Assembly (NCBI GenBank): GCA_024137785.1
Contig: JAHRHZ010000062.1
Location: 28,920,937 to 28,984,936 of the forward strand
Source: Ginglymostoma cirratum
Taxonomy: Eukaryota
Length of the DNA stretch: 64,000 nt
Direction of reading: 5' to 3'
Shown here: positions 13,512 to 25,700 of the stretch, in pieces
How the letters are laid out: each line of letters starts with the position of its first letter
How positions within the stretch are numbered: position 1 is the stretch's first letter
Notes under the pieces: generated by a model
Databases searched by the model: none
The model's input: only the letters and a program-made list of their open reading frames with translations
What the model was told of the DNA's origin: nothing
Translations under genes and position numbers: made by a program

Positions 13512-13630
13512 AGGAACAAAAACAGAAGTTGCTGGAAAAGCTCAGCAGGTTTGGCAGCATCTGTGAAGAATAACATCAGAGTTAACGTTTTGGGTCCAGT
13601 GTTCTTCAGTTCTTTTGGTTTTTATTTTGT
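13512..13630. mobile_element. Penelope-like terminal repeat fragment
   Basis: aacagaagttgctggaaaagctcagcaggtttggcagcatctgtgaag...agagttaacgtttt; same family as 5265 and 51090. Confidence 0.7.
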
Positions 13631-14740
13631 GGAATAGTGTAGCTCTGTTTGTAGCATGCTCCTTATGCTGTTCAGCATGTGTCTAGTCTTACGTTATAGT
13701 TTCTCCAGATTGGTACTTCATCTTTAGGTGTGCCTGGTGCTACTCCTGACATGCTGCCATACATTCTCAATGAATAAGGGTTGATTCCCTTGCTTTATGC
13801 TAATACGAGTGACGGGTATGCTGACCATAATAAAATTCTTCCGCTGTTGCTGCCCTACAGTGGCTTGTAGCTGGCCAGTTCTGACTTGCCTGATCCTTTC
13901 TGGATTAATTCCATTTACGAATTGATTGTACCACATAATACAATAGAGGATGTCTCAATGTGAAAATGAAAATTTGTCTCTGCAAGTACTCCTGTTAGTG
14001 TAGTAATGGACAGATGCAGCTGTGATTGGTAGATGGATGAGGACAAGATCATTATTAGAATCCCTACAGTGTGGAAACAGGCCCTTTGGCCCAACAAGTC
14101 CACACTGAACCTTGGAGTATCCCAACCACACCCATCCCCTTGTAACCCACCTAATCTACACATCCCTGAACACTATGGGCAATTTAGCATGGCCAATCCA
14201 CCTAACCTGCACATCTTTGAATTGTGGGAGGAAACCCATGCAGACACAGGGAGAATGCGCAAACTCCACACAGACAGTTGCCCGAGGCTGGAATTGAACC
14301 TGGGTCCCTGGTGCTGTGGGGCAGCAGTGCTAACCACTGAGCCACTGTGCCGCCCCTATATTATGTCTTTTACTCGATGGTATTCTCACCTCCTGTGGCA
14401 AGATCACTGACAAATATGTTCTCTAGGACTCGGCCAAATGGGTGAGTGGTGGTGCTATCAAACTTCTTTTGGTGATGGACATTTAAGCCCCTCAGCTAGA
14501 GAACACTGTTGGCCCTTGCTATCCTTCATACTTATTCCAATTATGTCCAACATGAAGGAATACTGTTCCATCGGTTGCGGCAGATAGTACATGATAAACA
14601 GCAGCATAGATCCTTGTTTATGTCTAACCTGAAACCATGAAACCATTTTAGAGTCAATAGTAAGGGCTCCTAGGGCCACCTTCTCCTATCGGTATATCAC
14701 TGTGCGACCATCTGGTGGATGTGACCAACCAGTGGGATTG
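13630..14740 (-). mobile_element. Decayed LINE (second family) endonuclease region, interrupted by a SINE
   Basis: Contains WFQVRHKQGSMLL-type remnants and resembles the reverse of the 30400-31000 region. Confidence 0.55.
14056..14356 (-). mobile_element. Near full-length HE1-type tRNA-derived V-SINE
   Basis: The - strand has an A box (TGGCTCAGTGG), a B box (GGTTCAATTCC), a V-domain-like core and the tail ccacactgtagggattcta. Confidence 0.9.
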
Positions 14741-14885
14741 TTGATTAGAAAAGGAATGGTCCATGATGATCAATTTTGTCATTTGTGAGAACGATTCTAA
14801 TCTTAATAACTTTTGCTAGTTAACATGATGACATTGATATGACAATGGTATTGTAATTTTTTAAAATAAAAATATCTGCTTCTAG

Positions 14886-15518
14886 GGCTGCTGAACTCCA
14901 AATATGGTCGTGGCTGGACTGATCATCGTAAGATTGCTGTCAACTGTCTTCGCTGTTTTGGACCAGGTCAAAAGGACTTTGAAAACAAAATTTCTGAAGA
15001 ATGTATGTTTTTTTTAGATGCTATTGACACATACAAAGGAAAGCCTTTTGAAGCCAAGTGGCTTGTAACTAACGCAGTTTCCAACATCACAAACCTAATT
15101 ATTTTTGGAGAGCGTTTCACATATGACGATAAAGAGTATCAGCACATGATTGAGATATTTAGTGAAAATATTGAGCTGGCAGCCAGTGTATGGGCGTTTT
15201 TGTACAATGCTTTCCCTTGGATTGGGATCCTGCCTTTTGGAAAACATAAACGCCTATTTAAAAATGCAGCAGAGGTGTATGAGTTTTTGCAAAAGATTAT
15301 ACAGCGGTTTTCACAAAACAGAACATCACAGAAACCCCGGCATCTGATTGATTCATATTTGGATGAACTGGAAAATAACATGAATGATCCTGAATCTTCC
15401 TTATCAACGGAAAACTTAATTTTTACAGTTGGGGAACTTATTATAGCTGGAACTGAGACTACAACTAATGCACTTAGATGGGCCATCTTGTACATGGCAC
15501 TGTATCCAAATATTCAAG
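14886..15518 (+). CDS. CYP2R1: CYP2R1 coding exon 3 (633 bp)
   Basis: tctag acceptor, gtgagt donor. Encodes [15 protein letters not shown]...[28 protein letters not shown], including the C-helix WxxxR and I-helix AGTETT motifs. Phase 1 to 1. Confidence 0.97.
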
Positions 15519-16211
15519 GTGAGTAAACAGCAATAGAATTGGACTACTACTTCACAGAAATTGAGAGGATGGAATATTTAATTCACAATTCTTATTGTGA
15601 AATTCAAACAGCTTCATTCTCACTTGGGTCCTTGTGGTAAAGCTTTCATCAAACATAATTTGAAACAATTAAATATCACTTGCATTCATTGATAATATAC
15701 AATTGTTTTTTCTAATAAATCTTGTCATGCAGTTCTACTAAAACAGAACTATTTTCAGTGCAGATGTCTTGTTATGACTCGAAAAGCAAATTTCCCAAAT
15801 GCAAGTTTATTTTTGCCAATGAATTTTTTAAAAACTCATTGTAAATTACTGTAAGTGCAGCAATATATTTATTCATGTGATCAGTGGTGAATTCCTGAGA
15901 TCCCACGCCATTTTGATCATTGTCCAATAGAATTTAAAAACAAAATTTTGTACCTATAGTTAAAGTTCATTTATTTACAGTAATATAAAATAATGGGTGA
16001 GTTGGACAGTGTAGTTTTTAAACGATGGGGAAACTTCAAGGTTGAACCTTCAAGATTTTATTATGTGAACACCTTAATCAGCTTAGTATTTTCTTATAAA
16101 TTCCCACTTAACCACAGTAATTTGTATAATACTTCTAAAGTGCTCTCATGATAAGTGTACTTCCTGAAATGAAAGAAGGATATCATTGAGTGTTATTTCT
16201 GCCCTTTTCAG

Positions 16212-16541
16212 AAAAGGTACATCAAGAAATTGACAGTGTAATGGGAAAAAATCAAATACCTTCTCTGGAACACAAGCCGCGGATGCCATACACAGAGGCA
16301 GTTCTACATGAAGTTCTTCGATTTTGCAATATAGCTCCACTTGGTATTTTTCATGCAACTGCCAAGAATACAGTTGTTCGAGGTTATTCCATTCCAAAGG
16401 GAACCACAGTTATAACAAATCTTTACTCTGTACACTTTGATGAGAAATATTGGAGTGCTCCTGATGTATTTTGCCCTGAAAGGTTTCTGGACAGCAACAA
16501 ACAATTTGTGAAGAAGGAAGCATTTGTTCCATTTTCTATTG
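16212..16541 (+). CDS. CYP2R1: CYP2R1 coding exon 4 (330 bp)
   Basis: ttttcag acceptor, gtaagt donor. Encodes KVHQEID...EVLR (ExxR)...PERF...FVPFSI. Phase 1 to 1. Confidence 0.97.
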
Positions 16542-16736
16542 GTAAGTAATAAGCTGTGTGCAAACATGCTGCATTTGGATACAAAACTGATGCGAGTGAA
16601 TTAGAAAATTTTCCTTTGCCTAACAGTTCCAAAACCTTTTTGATCAGTGAAAGTGATAGACAGAGCTAAGCAATCCCACAACAATCCATGGATCAGATCT
16701 AAGCTTCAGTCCTTCTGTAATCAGTCGTGAATGATG

Positions 16737-17038
16737 GGGGCAGCACGGTGGCTCAATGGTTAGCACTGCTGCCTCACAGCACCAGGGAACCAGGTTCGAT
16801 TTTATCCTTGGGCAACTGTTTGTGTAGAGTTTTCATCTTCTCCCCGTGTCTGTGTGGGTTTCCTCCAGGTGTTCCAGCTTTCTCCTACAGTCCAAAGATG
16901 TGCAGGCTAGGTGGATCGGCCATGCGAAATGCAGGGTTACAGGGATAGGGTAGGGGGTGTGTTTGGTTTGGACATTCTTCACAGGGTTGGTGTAGACTTG
17001 ATGGGCCAAATAGCCTGCTTCCACACTGTAGGGTTCTA
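16737..17038 (+). mobile_element. Near full-length HE1-type tRNA-derived V-SINE
   Basis: A box TGGCTCAATGG, B box GGTTCGATT, ttctccccgtgtctgtgtgggtttcctcc core and a CR1-like tail. Confidence 0.9.
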
Positions 17039-17049
17039 TTTTAAAAAAG

Positions 17050-17935
17050 AAAACTGAACAACTCACTGAAAGAGGAGACTTTACAAATATCCTCATCCTC
17101 AATGATAGAAGAACCTGGCACATCAGTACAAAAGATAAGGCTGAAGCATTCATAGCAATCTTCAGCTAAAAGTTCTGAGTGGATGATCCATCATAACCAG
17201 CATCAGATACCAGTATTCAGCCAATTCAATTCACCCTACATGATAACAAGAAACTGTTAGAGGCACAGGATCCTACGAAGGCTATGGCCCCTGACAACAT
17301 TCTGGTAATATAACAGAAGACTTGCGCTCCAGAACTTGCCGCTCCCCTAGCCAAGCTCTTCAAGTACAGTTATAACACTGGCATCGACCTGACAATGTGG
17401 AAAATTGCCCAGGTATGTCCTGTACACAAAAAGCAGAACAAATCCAACCCGGCCAATTAGACCTCATCAGTCCACTCTCAATCATCAGTAAAGTGATGGA
17501 AGGTGTCACAAGCAGCACCTGCTCAGTGATGCCCAGTTTGGGTTCTGCCAGGGCCACTTAGTTCCTGACCTCATTACTGCCTTAGTTCCACCATGGACAG
17601 AACAGCTGAATTCCAGATGTGATATAAGAGTGATAGCCCTTGATGTCAAGGTCACATTTGATTGAGTGTGGCATCAAGGCGCCTTAACAAAACTAGAATC
17701 AATGGGTATCAGGGAGCAAATTCTCCACTGGTTGGAGTCATACCTGACACAGGAAGATGGTTGTGGTTGTTGTAGATCAGTCATTTCAGCTCCAGGACAT
17801 CTTGGCAGGAGTTCCTCAGGTCAGTATCCTCAGCCCAACCGTGAACAGCTGCTTCATCAATGACCTTCCCTCCATCAACAGGTCGTGAGTGGGGATGTTC
17901 ACCAATGATTGCACAATATTCAGTGCCATTCGCAA
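17050..17935 (+). mobile_element. Decayed LINE RT fragment (second family)
   Basis: Visibly homologous to 9770-10550 (gacttgcgctccagaacttgcc, WHQGALTKL). Confidence 0.85.
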
Positions 17936-19547
17936 GGCCCACTGGTGAATACAAAAAAAAAGTTAAATACTTTATGGAATGCTTTCAAAACAAAAGTACA
18001 ACGCCGCTTTAGTAGTGGTATTGCACTAATACTGCAATTGTCTTGGAAAGGGCCTTGCAGAACTAAATTTGGAAAAACAAATTTTAAATGCATTTTTAGG
18101 GAACTCTGCAAATGGCTTATTAGAAAAAGAAGCACTCATAAGACTAGAATATTTCAGTTCAGAATTAACTGGGGTACAACTGCAACAAAGAGAAAAATCA
18201 TCAAAAGTTCCTGTTTTTGGAAACTATCTCTTGAGCGCTGTAGCAGGGTAGATCAATGAAGATTTCCAGTGAGAACTGTACGAAACCTGCCTTTTACTTC
18301 TGAAGCAGCTCGCAATCAGAGATTATGTAATACATTAGAAATAGAACTGTATCACCATTCCTTTACCGCCTCGGAGTCAAAATTCTGAAACTCCCATCCT
18401 AACAACAGAGTGTTCCTGCACGTCAAGCGTTGCAACAGTTTAAGAAGGCAACTCAGCCCCTTTTACAAATCAATTTGCAATGGGCAATAAATGCTGTCTG
18501 ACCAATGATGCTTATGTTCTGTGAACAGGAAATATATTTGCATGATTACTAGAGCATTACTCGCTTTTGTGAAATCATGTCTCAATTAGAATGAGAGACT
18601 TTAAAAGCCAAGTGAAACAAAAGAAAGCCCTCAGTGCTGTTGGATTCCCAGATTTGGATATTCTCATATCATTCTAAAATCCTAAATCCAAGACGAATAT
18701 GTCTAAACGTAGAATTTATAAACACTTGGACAAGGAGCTGTTTGTTAGATTTGTATTTTCCCATTATATGGGATTTTTTAATGGCCAATTGCTATTAACA
18801 GGACATCCAACCAGTATTACACCATCCTTGGGGTATCTGAAATGTTTAGGAACAGACCAAACAACCGTACATCTCCTTAACCAAATCAGCCAGATTGAAG
18901 AATTGTTAGTGAGCAGTGCATATTTGAATCAAGCAATGTAAGTTAGAATAATGAATTCAGTGTCAAAAATTCAGTATCAGAAAGTGGAATAAATATAGGG
19001 AAACAAATGTTAAATTGAGATTGAAGTCACGAGATTTTTTTTAATAACCACTAACAATACCTAAAAGCTGTAAGATTATGAATTCATACTTGTAAAAGCT
19101 TTCAGTGCTGTAGATTTTTGGCAATAGTTAGGATTTATCATACCAGTGAAAGGATACTTAGACTGGAATGGCTTGACCTCATCTTTTGTGGCAAATTTTG
19201 TGTACAATATAAGTGCAGAAATTTCATTTCTATTCATCTCATGCACATTTTTAAGATGCACTTACAGACAGGAACTTCTGGATTTGCATATATATTGTGC
19301 AACTTCAGAAGCTGATGTCTAATTTGCACATAATAAACGATGAGCACTGTCAGCCTTTCTGTTATTTTTACAAGACGTATCTCATGCATAGTGTACAATT
19401 TTTTGTTGCTTTGGTAATAGCTTTGGACTGGGGAGTCTGGAACTGATAATATTCAATGCTTTGGGCAGGAAGAAGAGGTATTAAACAATTATACAGTTTT
19501 CTTTTTCACGAAATTGAGTAACTAGCCAACAATTCTATTTTTTGTAG

Positions 19548-19723
19548 GACGAAGGAATTGTCTTGGAGAAAAGCTTGCAAGAATGGAGCTATTTCTGTTT
19601 TTTACCATGTTATTACAAAGATTTCATCTTCATTTTCCACCAGGAACTATTCCAAATTTGAAACCTAAAATGGGAATGACATTGCAGCCTTATCCATATC
19701 TTATCTCAGTTGAAAGACGCTGA
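19548..19723 (+). CDS. CYP2R1: CYP2R1 terminal coding exon 5 (176 bp, heme-ligand Cys, stop TGA)
   Basis: ttttgtag acceptor. Reads (G)[57 protein letters not shown], completing FSIGRRNCLG (FxxGxRxCxG). Not in the ORF track. Confidence 0.96.
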
Positions 19724-19884
19724 AGTAAAGGGAGTGTTGCCTCCAACTAAAACAAGAAAGAAAAAGCAATCTAGAGTTCAAAATGTTTGGTGTAATGAAT
19801 TCTCTTTCATTTGTCTAAATCTATACTTTAATCTTGTGATCTAAGCTATCCTGAATGGAGGCAGTGTAAAGTGCCCAAAAAAGT

Positions 19885-20660
19885 TAGAATCACACAGTGC
19901 AAAAGGAGATCATATGGCAGGTAGCGTCTGGATCACCACTTTAAAACCACTATCCATTTTATCCATGCCTCTATTCTTTCCCTGTAGTCCTGCTAATTTC
20001 TCCTATTTATGGTACACATATTTTGAAAGTTCCTATTGAATCTGCTCTTACCACCTTCTCAGGCAGTACATTGCAAATCTTACTACTTGCTGTCCGAAAA
20101 CTATTTCTCATTGCTCATCTGTTTCACCAATTATCTTAAATCTCTGGTCACCAGTCTGCTTACTGGCAGAACACTTCTCATTTTTTCCATCAAAACCTCT
20201 CCCCCTCAACAATCATTTATGTCTGATGAATCCCATCTTCTGTAGTATCTTCATGGGACTGAAGTCTCTTATCCATGCTATAATTCTAGTAGATAACCTT
20301 TTTACCTTTTCTCAGGCATGATATAAACTATCAAAAGTGGGGTGTGGAATTGGACACAACAATCCAAATGAGGCCTCACCAATAATTTCTCAGGTTTCAG
20401 CATCACTTCCTTACTGCCTTATTCTGTATCTCCATAAGATCAAACATCCCATAATTTTAACAGTGTCATCAACTGGTTATAGGCTTTTCAAAGAGCATGA
20501 TGTGCTGAATAGTTTTGTATACTATCTATTCTAATTTATCGTTCTATCTTCAAAAACCGCCAGCTGTTTTTGCATCTTCTTTGAAGTTACACTTTTTTGC
20601 TTGCATTATTCTCCTTACTTTTCTTTCTAAATTGCATCACTTCATACTTCTCTGCATTAG
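19885..20660 (-). mobile_element. Old CR1 3' fragment just downstream of the CYP2R1 stop
   Basis: Reverse-complement CR1 3' motifs (gaatctgctcttaccaccttctcaggcagtacattgca, aattggacacaacaatccaaatgaggcctcacc). Confidence 0.65.
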
Positions 20661-23600
20661 ACCTGCAAAATTCATATCTTTAAACTAGGTGATTAATTCC
20701 AGTAACGGCATCCTTATTTTCAAATACAATTGTAACATGGAGAACATGAAACAGTTAATTCATGTGAGCAAACTGCCTTGCGCCCAGATATTTTTAGTTA
20801 TTGGTAAATTGCATGTTTTTCTCAAATCTCTATATTGACTTAAAGGGAGGTGATCAGCTGCTAAGCCTCTGCCAGCATTGTTCTATAACAAACTACCAGA
20901 TAATATTCAACTTTAATAACCAGGTATCCTTCCTTTCTATAAAGAAGTGTTTACCTTTATTAACTCAGGAGAGTGGATATGATTTATATGCCAGTGCTAC
21001 TTTATTCTTGAATGCCTTCTGTTCAGGGTTGTGAGTTTCTGCCATGGGTCTGTATGCAAATAATCAGGCTAATTCTCAACCTATAGATCTTGGATAGATG
21101 GGATTGGATGTGTCAGGAGGTAGAGGGATCAAGAGTGCAAGATTATCTTCCTTTCTTCTCTAACTTGACTTTCCTTCCTCACTAAAGCATTGGGACTCAA
21201 AGCATGACACCATTCTGAACAATTAGGAGCAAGCTCCTTCCAGTCAGTAAGCTCAACATCACCACGATTCTTAGCATCTTTGAAGTGTTTTCTTTGTCCT
21301 TCCCTGGAATGTTAGCCATTTAAGAGCTGATAGGCTCCTTTGGCAGGGAAATGGATTTTGGCAATTCAAACAAAGTGGGCAGTCAATTAAAGTTTACTCT
21401 TACAGGAGACTGTATGAAAGCTTATGGACCTTGCTTGAAAAAGGACACCCCCAATTAAACAGAAACGAATCATACCTAGAAAAGCAATATACTCCTATCC
21501 ACAATCATCCTCCAGCAAGTGTTTGTTGAGAACACTGTATCTTTTGTTAAATAGTAGTTATTTACAGGATGACTGCAGAATTAACTGCAGCACTGTTTCT
21601 AACTGTAATAGTTAATAATTCAGTAGAAATGAGAACAAAAAATGCAATCCATATAATCTTCGACTGTAAATACAATATTCCTACAGTTAAAATTTTTATA
21701 AAAATATTTCACTCTGCTGTTGTTGGTCTGGTGTTCTTGTATAGCTACCACATTAGTTTGTTATTGTTCACATAATTATATGTATTTGTTGTGTTAGAAT
21801 TTAATTTGTGGGAGCATGTATGCATAGAAAATAAATGTGATGTCCAAGAGATTAATAACAGGATGCAAAATGAAGATGTGAAATGCATTTCTGATCCTGG
21901 AACCAAAGCAGACACCATGGCAACATTTAATTAGAGTAGATGGTTGAAGGAAAAGGTAAAATAAATGGATCTGTGTAGCATAAAACAGGAGATTAAAATT
22001 ACAGTTTGCATGAAGAATAAGAGCATAAGAGACAGGAGTAGGCTCTTCGGCTTTACAAGTCTTTCCCACGATTCAAATGAATTATCTTACACCTCAACAT
22101 TACCTTTCCATTATACCTATGTCCCATAAATGAGAACTCACACTAGTTAAGCTTATGTACCTGCTGAAATTTTGTGAATGTGTTTCTATGATGCAGCATA
22201 ATTTCAGCTTTTTATACGTAACTTGTTTTACATGTTTTGAAATGAGTTTTTCTTTTTGAGATATATTAAATGTATAATATATAAATTAAAATGTGATATT
22301 CATAATCATGATCCAGATGGTTTCTTTCACTGCACTTTCCCCTTTCCCCTCTTTGATTGTTTGGGAACCAGCTTGATTATTCACATTAATAGCATTTGTT
22401 GAAGCAAGCTATTGCTGAAAAACATTGAGAGCCTACCTATTACTTTACTGCGCTTTAAAACAATTGATCCAGATATTGACCTTAAAATATTTTGCTGTAT
22501 TCCTGTAGCATAGAAGCAATGCATATTTTAATGATAGTAACTGGCAAGGTTGTCCATTGCAAGGTACCTCTAATGACAGCTAGATCACCTGTTCGAAATA
22601 ATAAACACACAGGCTGTCTATTCACAATTTATGACTATGCTAAACTATGCATTACCCCAAAATGATTATGTTTTGTGTTGCATTCTCTGAGTAGATACAG
22701 TAGTTAAATGAGAGACACCTCCACAGTATTTTGCCCTTTGGCCTTGTTTGCTTTCTATGTTTCTTTGACAGATTAGAATGGAGACTAGACGCCTCAAAGC
22801 TGCACATTGAATAAGTTTCATCTCACCAGCACAGGATATAGATTTCTTAATGTTATTTTTTGTAGAATACTGATCAGTTTCATAAACTCGCTCAGATGAT
22901 GCAGATGACTTGCAGCATGAAGAGAACAAAATAATTACTCATGTTGTGCAAATATTAGCCTTTAATTTGAGTAAATTTCAGTTCAGTGCAAGAAATTGTC
23001 ATGCATTGACATTGATGATTTTATGAGTTAGGGAGCTCCTCAACATATCAAGTTTACTTGAGTATGATAGACAAATACTGCCCAAACTTTGTTACAAAGG
23101 GAACAACTTAGGTTCTTGCAAGCTCAGAAAAGTAGCACTGTTTGAAGTTTGGGTGCCTTCTTCAAGGTCTTAGATTCTAAAGACCTACAGCCCACTTAAC
23201 ATTTTATGTAGGTTTGTTGCTGCTTTGTGCTGAAGCTATAACAAATACACCATCTGCCACATACTGCAGCTTTTTTCTACTTGTCTGTTTTGGAATAAAT
23301 GGGAGTAAAGATGTCGGGTTAAGAGTAATGGGCAAGAAGGATACTGTAGATCTCAACGAAGGATGCAAAGACAGCAAAAGAAGTGAGGACGTGCAGTAAG
23401 TGAAGGGCTAAGACATGTTAGTTGCAAAGACTACAAGCTATTTCATATTCTAATACAATATGCATTATTAAATTCTGGAACTTACATTTTCTGCTTTAAA
23501 GTCTTTGGGTGTGAATTAATTAACCTTTCCAGATAAATTAAGGCTTTTGCATTGTTATTAATCTTGAATTGTACATATCAAAGTGGCTGATTAACATTAA

Positions 23601-23734
23601 TATAACACAAACTTCCATGCTTACTGTTATTCAATGTCCTGCTAACTACAAAGGAACTATCACACCACAACAGATAATGCTGAAAACTATAAAAATATTA
23701 CAAAAGTTACTTTTTCTTGAGCGTTAGTGGTGGC

Positions 23735-25320
23735 TTGATAAATGATTTTGATGTGAATGTAGGAGGTATGGTTAGTAAGTTTGCAAGTGACACCAAAATT
23801 GGAGGTGTCATGGACAGTGAAGAAGGTTATCTCAGAGTACAACAGGACCTTGATCAGATGGCCCAATGGGCCGAGGAGTGCAGATGGAGTTTAATTTAGA
23901 TAAATAGGAGGTGTTGCATTTTGGTAATGCAAATCAGGGCACGACTTATACAGTTGATGGTAGGGCCGTGGGGAATGTTGCTGAACAAAGAGACTTAGGG
24001 GTACAGGTGCATAGTTCCTTGAAAGTGAAGTCACAGTTAAACAGAGTGATGAAGAAGGTGTTTGGCATGCTTGCCTTCAATGGTTATTGCATCGAGTATA
24101 GGAGTTGGGAGGTCATGTTGCGGCTGTACAGGACAGTAGTTCGGCCACTTTTGAAATACTGTGTTCAGATCTGGTCTCCCTGCTATAAAACAGACATTGT
24201 TAAACTTGAAAGGGTTCAGAAAAGACTTACAAGGACGTTGGTGGGATTGGGGGGGGTTTGCACTACAGGGAGAGGCTGAATAGGCTGGGGTTATTTTCCT
24301 GGAGTGTCACAGGCTGAGAAGTAACATTATAGAGGTCAAGATGGCAGCAGGGTAAGTAACTCCATTTGCAGCTCCACTCTGCTTGCCAGTTCCCTTTCTT
24401 TTCCCCTTCTTCTTCTCTCTCCTCTCTGCAGTAATTCTATCCCCTTCAGCCCCTGCCCTCTTAACTACCTACCCAAGGAGTCAGGTCATCACCGGGAACT
24501 GCATGGCAGGAGCTGAATGCATGGGCTATTTCCTGCAACTATGACAGTGAGAATGGGCTGGTGAGGGGGCAGTGGGTGGTGAGAGTGGAGCCGGTGAGGG
24601 GGTGGTGAGAGCAGGGCCTGTGAGGGGGTGTTGGTTGGCAAGAGCGGGGCCGGTGAGGGGGCGGCGGTCAGCAAGAGCGGGGCCAGCGATCGGCGACAGC
24701 GGGGCCAGTGGTCAGTGGTGAGAGTGGGCCTTTCACATGGTGGCAGCCTCCTGGGTGTCCTTGCAACTGGAGTGTTGCTTGCACTATTGTGGAAATGGGA
24801 CTTGGGACTGTTGAGATGTGGACTTTTTTTTTCTTGCTTACCTTTTGGCTCTGTTAAAATCTTTTAATTCTGGTTTTTGTAATCAAGTGGTTGCCAGTGA
24901 ATGGAGACTGTGCACTTTTCGCTGCACGTCTGCATTCATCTACTTAGTGTATGTGACATGTAAATTAATCTAAATCCAAATAAAATCATGATGGACTTGG
25001 ATAGGGTGAATAGCCATGGCAGAGGTGTCCAAAACTAGAGGGCATATGTTTGAAAGGGAAAAGATTTAAAAGAGATCTAAGGGGTAACTTTTCACACAGA
25101 GGTGGTAGTGTATGGACTGAGCTGCCAGAAGAAGTGGTGGAGGCGGGTACAATTACAGCATTTAAAAGGAGTCTGAATGGGTATATGAGTAAGAAGTATT
25201 GAGAGGCATATGGCCAAATGTTGGCAAATGGGACAAGATCAGTTTAGGATCTGTTCAGCATGGATGAATTGGACCAAAGGGTCTATTTTGATCCTGTATA
25301 ACTCTATGATTCTATAAGTC
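23735..25320 (+). mobile_element. CR1 LINE 3' portion containing a nested insertion
   Basis: INDFD...SKFASDTKIGG and QRDLGVQVH...LYRTVVRPLLKYCVQIWSP. Tail actctatgattcta. Confidence 0.9.
24337..24980 (+). mobile_element. Unclassified ~640 bp element nested in CR1, with a GC-rich minisatellite-like core
   Basis: Splits the CR1 motif agaggt|ttataaaatcatg, which is intact at about 58785-58803. Begins caagatggc and ends in a (tctaaa)-like tail. Confidence 0.7.
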
Positions 25321-25329
25321 TTGACAACG

Positions 25330-25700
25330 AGGCAAATTGTTGCAGATTCAAATCCTACTCGAGTCCTGATGTAAAATCTAGTCTGATATCCTGTTTAGTA
25401 CTGAAGGAATATTACATGATTGGAGGAACCAGCTTTTGAATGACATGTTAAACTAACATCCCACTTGCCCTTTCAGGATTTGATCCATTGACGAAATTTA
25501 AAAAGTAAACAGACACATTGCAAATAATATTTATCCCTCAATGAACATCCTTACTTCTGATGATGTGGTCATTATATCATATTGCTGTTACTGGGAACTT
25601 GTTGTTTACACTTTTTATCATTATAATCGTAAAAGCTTTTTAAAACATACCTAAGTTGCTGAAAGTGCTTTGGGACATCCTTCAACCATGACAGGTATTA
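25330..25700 (+). mobile_element. DeuSINE-family (SacSINE1/AmnSINE1-like) remnant
   Basis: Resembles the Deu-domain consensus: tatttatccctcaa, ggtcattat..cattgctgtt..tgggaacttg, aaagtgctttgggacatcc. Confidence 0.65.

Noticed and set aside
14700-14722. CTCF-like CCACCAGATGGTCGC on the - strand
   Set aside because: Imperfect match lying within a LINE remnant.
15139-15495. 118-aa - strand ORF
   Set aside because: Antisense shadow of CYP2R1 exon 3.
16737-16810. tRNA-like A and B boxes
   Set aside because: This is the SINE head, followed by the V-domain core and LINE tail. No acceptor stem is evident, so it is not a tRNA gene.
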